From positions 1 to 32,197 of the forward strand of contig JBFMDD010000032.1 in the NCBI GenBank assembly GCA_040754115.1: DNA of 32,197 nucleotides, written 5' to 3'. The notes under the pieces are model-generated. The model searched no databases. It saw only the letters and a program-made list of their open reading frames with translations, and was not told the DNA's origin. Shown here piece after piece: positions 17,482-23,591 of this stretch. The position numbers and the translations under genes are program-made. How positions within the stretch are numbered: the first letter of the stretch is position 1; each line of letters starts with the position of its first letter. This DNA is from a bacterium (lineage in GTDB: Bacteria; UBA9089; CG2-30-40-21; SBAY01).

Positions 17482-17528
17482 TTGGTAATTGGTAACTGGT
17501 TACCATTTAACCAATTACCAGTTACCAA
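17482..17528. repeat. Heptamer-built hairpin (GGTAATT/GGTAACT units) between yidD and yidC
   Basis: TTGGTAATTGGTAACTGGTTA (17482-17502) faces TAACCAATTACCAGTTACCAA (17508-17528). This gives 21 positions with one T.G and one C.A mispair, and the loop is CCATT. Alternative registers are possible because the arms are 7-nt repeats. Confidence 0.8.
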
Positions 17529-17532
17529 CCCT

Positions 17533-17745
17533 TTAGACAGGGTCATAGCCACCAGGATGAAAAGGATGACACTTAAGAAATCTCACAATAGCAAGTTGTA
17601 ATCCTTTCATCACTCCATACTTTGTAATAGCCTGATAAGCATAATGAGAACAACTGGGGAAGAATCTACAGGTAGGAGGAAAGAAAATAGATATACATTG
17701 TTGATATATCCTAATTAATAAAAGTAGGCTACTTTTTATTATCAC
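17533..17745 (-). CDS. yidD: Membrane protein insertion efficiency factor YidD
   Basis: [15 protein letters not shown] ... [13 protein letters not shown] is the YidD signature. The gene overlaps rnpA by 17 nt. Confidence 0.95.
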   Translation of the reverse strand: MIIKSSLLLLIRIYQQCISIFFPPTCRFFPSCSHYAYQAITKYGVMKGLQLAIVRFLKCHPFHPGGYDPV

Positions 17746-18097
17746 CTTTGACCAATCCTGCCTTTTTAAATAACCTTACTAATTCCTTTTCTATATCACT
17801 AAACTTAAGTTCAAAAGAGTTTTTTTTAGCCACAACCACAAGGTCAACTCCACAAATCAGGCTATTTTTATTTAAGCGATATACTTCCCTTAATAATCTT
17901 TTGACTCTATTTCTTTTTACTGCATTACCTACCTTTTTGCCAACAGAAAAACCTATCCTTCTTATAGTATTAGAAGTATGTAACACGAATAAGATTATGT
18001 TCTTACTATGATATGCTTTTCCAAGTGTATAAACTTTTTTAAAATCATTAGTAAGATGAAGTCGCTCTTTTTTAGTAAATTTATAGTTTTCCTCCAT
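17729..18097 (-). CDS. rnpA: Ribonuclease P protein component
   Basis: It contains the RNR-type motif [13 protein letters not shown], is basic and 122 aa long, and lies immediately downstream of rpmH. Confidence 0.95.
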   Translation of the reverse strand: MEENYKFTKKERLHLTNDFKKVYTLGKAYHSKNIILFVLHTSNTIRRIGFSVGKKVGNAVKRNRVKRLLREVYRLNKNSLICGVDLVVVAKKNSFELKFSDIEKELVRLFKKAGLVKGDNKK

Positions 18098-18100
18098 GTG

Positions 18101-18235
18101 TTATCCAGCTAATCTTATCCTTTGCTTTAGGCGTCTTCTTTTTACCGCCTTTCTACCTGCAGGAGTACTCATCCTTGCTCTAAAACCATGAATTCTTGCC
18201 CTTTTACGATTAGATGGTTGAAAAGTTCTCTTCAT
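18101..18235 (-). CDS. rpmH: 50S ribosomal protein L34 (44 aa; not in the ORF track)
   Basis: Hand translation gives [44 protein letters not shown], the canonical L34 sequence. The SD GAGGA is 7 nt upstream, the stop TAA is at 18103-18101, and rnpA starts 4 nt downstream. Confidence 0.95.
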   Translation of the reverse strand: MKRTFQPSNRKRARIHGFRARMSTPAGRKAVKRRRLKQRIRLAG

Positions 18236-18260
18236 AAAAATATCCTCACTTATTAAATTA

Positions 18261-18373
18261 AGTAGAGAGTAGAGAGTAGAGAGTAGAGAGTAGAGAGTAG
18301 AGAGATTTTTGGTTGACTATTTATCAGTCTTCTTCACATTTCTCTCTACTTTCTACTCTCTACCCTCTACTTC
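18261..18373. repeat. Inverted heptamer array: (AGTAGAG)x6.3 facing 4 imperfect CTCTACT-type units, about 36-nt spacer
   Basis: 18261-18304 is agtagag repeated 6 times plus ag. 18343-18370 reads tctctac tttctac tctctac cctctac. The array lies entirely between the promoter at 18384-18412 and the rpmH start. Confidence 0.9.
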
Positions 18374-18383
18374 TTAAAAAGAT

Positions 18384-18412
18384 ATTATACCCTAAAAATA
18401 CAATTATGTCAA
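18384..18412 (-). promoter_or_regulatory. Consensus sigma70-type promoter TTGACA-17-TATAAT for the rpmH operon
   Basis: The minus strand reads TTGACA (18412-18407), the 17-nt spacer taattgtatttttaggg, and TATAAT (18389-18384). The predicted start near 18377 gives a leader of about 140 nt made almost wholly of the heptamer hairpin. Confidence 0.65.
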
Positions 18413-18434
18413 TAAAGAATTTAAAATTTTTGTT

Positions 18435-20945
18435 CTATCTGGTCATAGAATCTACTACTTGTCTAAGTCCCGTATCCTCTGGGTGATATCTTAGATACAG
18501 TTCAAATTCACTTTTTGCTTTATAATATAAAGTAGCATCTTCATTTATTTGTCCTTTTGTTCTTTTACTTTCTGCTGCTCTAAAATAAGCAGCACCTAAG
18601 TCACGGCGGACATTTATATTTTTAGGGTCTATTTTAACTATTTCTTCAAATGCCTTTGAAGATTCATCATATTTGCCTTGTGAAAAGTATATCTCGCCTA
18701 ATCTATGATGAGCATTAATTAGGTCTGGCTCAACTGCAAGGGCTTTTTTTAGCCAATTAATTGCCTCATTATAGTCTCCCTTCTTAAAATAAATATCACC
18801 TATGGTTACTTTGCATTGTCCATCATTTGGTCTCATCTTTGCTACCTTTTTATACTCTGCAATAGCATTATCATACTCGTTATCTTTAGAATATAATGCT
18901 CCTAAGTTATTAAGTGGTTCTGCAAAGATAATATTATATTTTAATGCTGCATGATATGCCTCAATAGCCTTTTGTTTAGCTGTTTTAGAACCTACATCGT
19001 ACTCCAATGCATAAGTAGCTCCTAAAATATTATAAAAATAGCCATCTTTCGGATTAACCTTAAAGGCATCTTTTATACGATTAAATGTCTTACGAATCCA
19101 TTCCTTTTTTAGTTCTATTTGAGTCATGGGGATAGAAGCAGCTTTCTTATAATAGGTATATGTCAACTCACCGTAATAGTGTCTTTCTCTAAAATTGCGG
19201 TGTACTGCCTCTTCATACATCTTTAAAGCTGTATCTAAGTCTTGGTCATGAATTGCTTTTTCGCCTTTATTAAAGTAGTAATCTGCTCGATAGGGGAAAA
19301 GAGAAAGGTAACCTAATAAGCAAACTACTACAACGACTAAAGTAGCTAAACCAGTTTGAATAGGTGTAAGTCGAATGTAAAGAGAAGGCTTTTTATGTAT
19401 ATCAGGTTCTATTTTCTGAGGTGTAAGCCTGGTATAACCACAAACTACCATTGTCATACCCATTAAAGTCCAGTAAAAAGGAGTAAAAGAGACAACTGCA
19501 AAGGCAAATTGATTTTGCACTATATACGCTGTCCAGCCAGATAGAAATCCAGCTATTAGTAATTTATCTTTTTCTACTGGGGCACGAAGGTACCCTCTAA
19601 TAGCCAGATAAATAAAAGCACCTAATAACCAAAGATAGATTGCCAACCCTCCTAAACCTCTTGTAACAGCCATGTCAAATACTTCATTATGAGCTCTATC
19701 GTAGTCAACATTATATCCTTCTAATTTCTCCATACCAGGTAGTTCATAAAGAGGATATACCCACTTCATAGTATCTACTCCTACCCCAAATAATAACCCA
19801 CAATAAGGGAAAGTCAGTGGGCCACGAATTGGTCCATCTTGAGGATAATGAGCAATAATTATAGCCGAATTCCGCCATATAAAGTATCGAGAGCCAAGTG
19901 CTCCTATAAGTTTATTTATCAACCAATTTTTTTTAGGCTGAGTAGATTCTGAAATTTCCTCTTCCCCAGTAATCACCTTCTGAAGGATTTCTCCCTTTTC
20001 TTCTTTAGCTGACTTGATAACATTAACCATTCGTTCTGCTACTGAACCCGGTTGAAGGCAAAGATAACCTGTAAATATTAAAAATGTTAAACTAAATACC
20101 ATAGCCCTCTTTCGAGTATAAATAAATGCCTTTTTAGTCCACAGAGTAGCAAATAGAATTATGCCTGCTAATAAACCTGCCAGAGGCCCACGGCTTTTTG
20201 CTAAGAATAAAGATGCGTACATAGTAATTAAAGCTATTCCAAATAACCAACTCTTTATTGTCTCCTCTCTACCTTTATGAATAAGCTTTTTATTCTTTGC
20301 CTTTTTCTTTGGAATAACTTTCTGCAGAATATCTTCCTTTATAAAGAAATATCCTATTGTTACCGGGATAATTGTAGCTAAGTATGCACCCAAAAATATA
20401 GGGTTACCAAATGTAGCCACAGCCCTTTCCTGGACATCCGCAGCCCAGGATATAGGGTCAAGACCTGCTCTTTGAACAAATGTGTAAAAAGAAGCTATGA
20501 ATCCAACTCCTATTCCTACATAAGCTGTTAGATTAAGTAATTTGCGATTATTATGTAAGAAATTAGTTGCAGTAAAAAATAGCAGTACATAACAAATAGT
20601 TGTGGTTAACCCTTCATGCCTTTTATAAGCACCAACTATACTTGTAAATGGGTCAACTGAGAATATTGTCGAGACAATGCTGACTAAAAGAAAGGCTAAA
20701 ACAGGTAAGTCCAATTTACTACGCACAAATTTAAATTCATTGGTTAAAATTATTCGCAAAAGCCATGCACCTATTATAACTAATGAAAATAGGCGCAATA
20801 AAGTCACCTTCGGAATGTCAAATACACCTCTACAGTGGGTGTCAAAGTAAAGCGGAACAACAAGAAGTAATCCTAAAAAAGCCCATTCAACTACTTTAGT
20901 ACAAATATCTTCTATCTTCTTCTTATTCATTTTTTCCAACTCCAT
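18435..20945 (-). CDS. O-antigen ligase (Wzy_C) family polytopic membrane protein with C-terminal TPR repeats
   Basis: Motifs LAKSRGPLAGLLAG and RAHNEVFDMAVTRGLGG are Wzy_C-type. The N-terminal EFKFVRSKLDLPVLAFLLVSIVSTI is shared with the two paralogs at 4982-9633, and the C-terminal roughly 280 aa are TPR. No SD precedes ATG 20945. Confidence 0.8.
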   Translation of the reverse strand: MELEKMNKKKIEDICTKVVEWAFLGLLLVVPLYFDTHCRGVFDIPKVTLLRLFSLVIIGAWLLRIILTNEFKFVRSKLDLPVLAFLLVSIVSTIFSVDPFTSIVGAYKRHEGLTTTICYVLLFFTATNFLHNNRKLLNLTAYVGIGVGFIASFYTFVQRAGLDPISWAADVQERAVATFGNPIFLGAYLATIIPVTIGYFFIKEDILQKVIPKKKAKNKKLIHKGREETIKSWLFGIALITMYASLFLAKSRGPLAGLLAGIILFATLWTKKAFIYTRKRAMVFSLTFLIFTGYLCLQPGSVAERMVNVIKSAKEEKGEILQKVITGEEEISESTQPKKNWLINKLIGALGSRYFIWRNSAIIIAHYPQDGPIRGPLTFPYCGLLFGVGVDTMKWVYPLYELPGMEKLEGYNVDYDRAHNEVFDMAVTRGLGGLAIYLWLLGAFIYLAIRGYLRAPVEKDKLLIAGFLSGWTAYIVQNQFAFAVVSFTPFYWTLMGMTMVVCGYTRLTPQKIEPDIHKKPSLYIRLTPIQTGLATLVVVVVCLLGYLSLFPYRADYYFNKGEKAIHDQDLDTALKMYEEAVHRNFRERHYYGELTYTYYKKAASIPMTQIELKKEWIRKTFNRIKDAFKVNPKDGYFYNILGATYALEYDVGSKTAKQKAIEAYHAALKYNIIFAEPLNNLGALYSKDNEYDNAIAEYKKVAKMRPNDGQCKVTIGDIYFKKGDYNEAINWLKKALAVEPDLINAHHRLGEIYFSQGKYDESSKAFEEIVKIDPKNINVRRDLGAAYFRAAESKRTKGQINEDATLYYKAKSEFELYLRYHPEDTGLRQVVDSMTR

Positions 20946-20953
20946 TTATTTAG

Positions 20954-20999
20954 TGATTGGTGACTGGTAATTGGTTAAATAGTTACCAGTTACCAATCA
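20954..20999. repeat. Heptamer-built hairpin (GGTGACT/GGTAACT units) overlapping the GH57 stop codon
   Basis: TGATTGGTGACTGGTAA (20954-20970) pairs with TTACCAGTTACCAATCA (20983-20999), giving 17 bp with one G.T. The loop is 12 nt. The TGA stop of GH57 is 20999-20997. The hairpin ends 8 nt upstream of ATG 20945. Confidence 0.85.
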
Positions 21000-22655
21000 A
21001 ATAGCTTTGTCAAGTATCTCTGGATGTGTTAGACCTAATTTAAAATAGGCATTCTTTAGATGGTCTCTAAATAAACTATCAAATTGAGCATCTCTATCAC
21101 TTGAATAATCGCAGCCATACCACCAAAACCAGTCACTTCCTTCTGCTGCATAAATAGACTCAAAAACCTGTGGATGTTTATCCTGCTTAATTCCTTTTTT
21201 ATCTAAATCATCTCTAACTAAACGAAGTAATTCCCAGGCATTATTTTTTTGTTTATCGCCTATCCATGTCCCTAAATCATTTCCTGGCATAGAGCCTGCC
21301 TGGTCTATCCAACTGGCACAAAATAAATCATAAACCCTTTTTTGAGTATGTTTAGGATGTGCCAAAATATCCCTATTAGCATTACCTGTTATGTACTCTG
21401 AGAAAGTAACGGTAATAATATCTTCATCGTTAGATAAATTTTTATAGAGTGCATTAAGGAATTCTATGCCGCTATTACGATAAGTACCCCAAGGGTTCTC
21501 TCCGTCAAGGATTACAGTTAAGATTCTATCTTCATCATTTGCAAATTCTTTCACACTATTAATGAATTCCTCAGCCGCCTGCTCATAATCTTCATATCCT
21601 TGATAATCAAAACTTATAGCATTAGATAGTTTAGTTTGGCGGAAGAAGATATTTACTCCTAAATTTCTGTCATCATCTATTGCTAAATAAGGCTGACATA
21701 AAATCTCAGGTTTATAAGCCTCGTATCCATATTTACCTGATTTTTGTAATACACCCTCATCAGAGGCAATCCAATCAATATTAGCCTGTGCAAATAGATG
21801 AATAGTAGTTTGACTTACCGCACCCTCTGTTGGCCACATACCTCGTGGAGAGCGGCCAAACACATTAGCATAATACTCCACTGCTAAATTAATTTGAGCC
21901 TCTGCATCCTCTGGTCTTGAAAATTGCAAAGGGAGAACTAACCCTTCTTTATCAATAGTTGCCTGATTAGTATCATAAATTAAAGGAATAATCGGATGAT
22001 AAAATGGTGATGTGGATACTTCAATTTGACCTTCATCCTGGAGGGTTTTATAAATAGGAATGATGTTACGCATAATTTTATACTGTAAATCTACTATTTC
22101 TGTCATATCTTCTTCTTTGAATCCTGTTCCTTTTTCAATAAAATTTTTTACAGTTACTATACTTGCGTCAGGTAATTTAACTTCACCTCGTTTAAATTCC
22201 TCTCCAAACCAGCATAAATTAAACCAGATTTTTAAGTCAATCAAATCCTGATTATTAAAGGTCTTTTTAGCTTGCCTTTTTTTCAATAACTCTTTATACC
22301 GCGGATATGGATAAATTTGTGTTTCGTAGTTTGCATCAAAAAAATGCATAAGAATATAATCTTTATTTCCCATAGATAATTTAGAAACAGGCGTCAATGA
22401 TAATTCTAATTCTTTATCAGTAGCTGAATTATTAACATAATCCTCAATCTGCCATAGTAGAGATGGCACGAAGTTAAATGTTAGATGTAGCGAGGGATAT
22501 TTCTTAAGCATTTGTGCCATACTAAAATAGTCTCTTATAGAATGTAATCTCACCCATGGCATAAAATAAGCCCCCTTTTGCTCATTAATTTTATTTTTAT
22601 ACATTGGTTGATGAAAATGCCATAAAATGGCTAAATGAATTTTATGCGAGTTCAT
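20997..22655 (-). CDS. Glycoside hydrolase family 57 protein (alpha-glucan acting; exact activity not assignable)
   Basis: GH57 signatures are present: LAILWHFHQP, VSTSPFYHPIIPL, GMWPTEGAVS (nucleophile Glu region), ILDGENPW (acid/base Asp region). The start was set at ATG 22655 (MNSHKIHLAILWHFHQP), which has the SD AGAGGA 6 nt upstream and lies 2 nt after the surE stop, instead of the track start 22682. Confidence 0.85.
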   Translation of the reverse strand: MNSHKIHLAILWHFHQPMYKNKINEQKGAYFMPWVRLHSIRDYFSMAQMLKKYPSLHLTFNFVPSLLWQIEDYVNNSATDKELELSLTPVSKLSMGNKDYILMHFFDANYETQIYPYPRYKELLKKRQAKKTFNNQDLIDLKIWFNLCWFGEEFKRGEVKLPDASIVTVKNFIEKGTGFKEEDMTEIVDLQYKIMRNIIPIYKTLQDEGQIEVSTSPFYHPIIPLIYDTNQATIDKEGLVLPLQFSRPEDAEAQINLAVEYYANVFGRSPRGMWPTEGAVSQTTIHLFAQANIDWIASDEGVLQKSGKYGYEAYKPEILCQPYLAIDDDRNLGVNIFFRQTKLSNAISFDYQGYEDYEQAAEEFINSVKEFANDEDRILTVILDGENPWGTYRNSGIEFLNALYKNLSNDEDIITVTFSEYITGNANRDILAHPKHTQKRVYDLFCASWIDQAGSMPGNDLGTWIGDKQKNNAWELLRLVRDDLDKKGIKQDKHPQVFESIYAAEGSDWFWWYGCDYSSDRDAQFDSLFRDHLKNAYFKLGLTHPEILDKAI

Positions 22656-22657
22656 AA

Positions 22658-23461
22658 TTAGTCCTCTAAAAAAAAATCCCATTTTTTAATTTTGGGTATC
22701 ACTGCGTAATTAGTCAAGTCTAAATGAAGCGGCGAAATAGAGATTTTATCTTCCTTAATTGCTCTAATATCTGTTCCTTCATCTCCTTCTTCATCTACTA
22801 CACCTTTACTACCAATCCAATAGTAAACCTTACCTCTTGGGTCAATTCTTTTAATTAATTCCTCACGATAGGTGCGTTTTCCTAAATGAGTAATAGCTAT
22901 TCCCTTGATTCTCTCCTCAGGTAAATCAGGGATATTAATATTTAAAAATGTATGTTGAGGTAATCCTTGTTTTAATATAAGGTTAGCTATTTTACCTGCA
23001 AATTTTGCGGCAAAATCAAATTTTATGTCTAAATACGAAATATGTTGTGCAGGAAAATAAGCACCCATCGAGATGGAAAAAGAAGGTATATTCAACAGTG
23101 TTCCTTCCATAGCCGCAGCTACAGTCCCTGAATAAGTAACATCATCTCCTAAATTAGGGCTTGGGTTAATTCCAGAGACGACTAAATTTGGCTTTTTAGG
23201 AAGAATACCCAAAACACTTATGTTGATACAATCAGCAGGTGTACCATCAGTAACAAAGGTATCCGTATCAATCTCTTCTACACGAATGGGATGAGTTAAA
23301 GTTAATGAATGCCCAGAAGCACTCCTCTCACGATCAGGGGCTATAATGATTACTCTGCCTAATTTACTTAAACTCTTCTTTAACGCATGTAGTCCTTCTG
23401 ACTTTATTCCATCATCATTAGTTAGCAATATGTCCAACTTTCTTTCTCTCCCTTCTTCCAC
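22658..23461 (-). CDS. surE: 5'/3'-nucleotidase SurE
   Basis: The N-terminal ILLTNDDGIKSEGL, GINPSPNLGDDVTYSGTVAAAMEG, and the length all fit SurE. The start is uncertain: GTG 23461, or TTG 23437 preceded by GGGAGAG. Confidence 0.9.
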   Translation of the reverse strand: MEEGRERKLDILLTNDDGIKSEGLHALKKSLSKLGRVIIIAPDRERSASGHSLTLTHPIRVEEIDTDTFVTDGTPADCINISVLGILPKKPNLVVSGINPSPNLGDDVTYSGTVAAAMEGTLLNIPSFSISMGAYFPAQHISYLDIKFDFAAKFAGKIANLILKQGLPQHTFLNINIPDLPEERIKGIAITHLGKRTYREELIKRIDPRGKVYYWIGSKGVVDEEGDEGTDIRAIKEDKISISPLHLDLTNYAVIPKIKKWDFFLED

Positions 23462-23474
23462 TCAATGCAAACTT

Positions 23475-23503
23475 AATATACCATATTGAATGCTCTATGT
23501 CAA
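23475..23503 (-). promoter_or_regulatory. Sigma70-type promoter TTGACA-17-TATATT for surE-GH57
   Basis: The minus strand reads TTGACA (23503-23498), the 17-nt spacer tagagcattcaatatgg, TATATT (23480-23475), then 13 nt to GTG 23461. It is divergent from the NACHT promoter. Confidence 0.6.
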
Positions 23504-23552
23504 CTAATTTTCTGCTCTCCCGCCTAAAAATTAATTGGTAAATAATTTTTGT

Positions 23553-23581
23553 TTGACAAATTAAAATTGATTTAGTATACT
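23553..23581 (+). promoter_or_regulatory. Sigma70-type promoter TTGACA-17-TATACT, 10 nt upstream of ATG 23592 (leaderless-type)
   Basis: TTGACA is at 23553-23558, followed by the 17-nt spacer aattaaaattgatttag, TATACT at 23576-23581, tcttattact, then ATG. There is no SD. Confidence 0.6.
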
Positions 23582-23591
23582 TCTTATTACT

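Noticed and set aside
18261-18304. CRISPR array
   Set aside because: The tandem units here and at the other hairpins are 7 nt with no spacers. No 24-40 nt repeat/spacer periodicity and no cas genes occur anywhere in the window.
18236-18434. oriC / DnaA-box cluster next to rpmH
   Set aside because: rpmH often neighbours dnaA/oriC, but I find no TTATCCACA-like boxes here or in the other long intergenic regions, and dnaA is absent. The region is better explained by a promoter plus the heptamer array.
10298-22682. N-terminal extensions in track ORFs (10298, 12688, 22682, and possibly 3784)
   Set aside because: The 10298 start lies inside the mapped promoter. The 12688 (TTG) and 22682 starts ignore downstream ATGs that have good SDs and that coincide with the conserved family N-termini (MKIKVGVMG.., MNSHKIHLAILWHFHQP). 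The shorter starts are used in the feature list.
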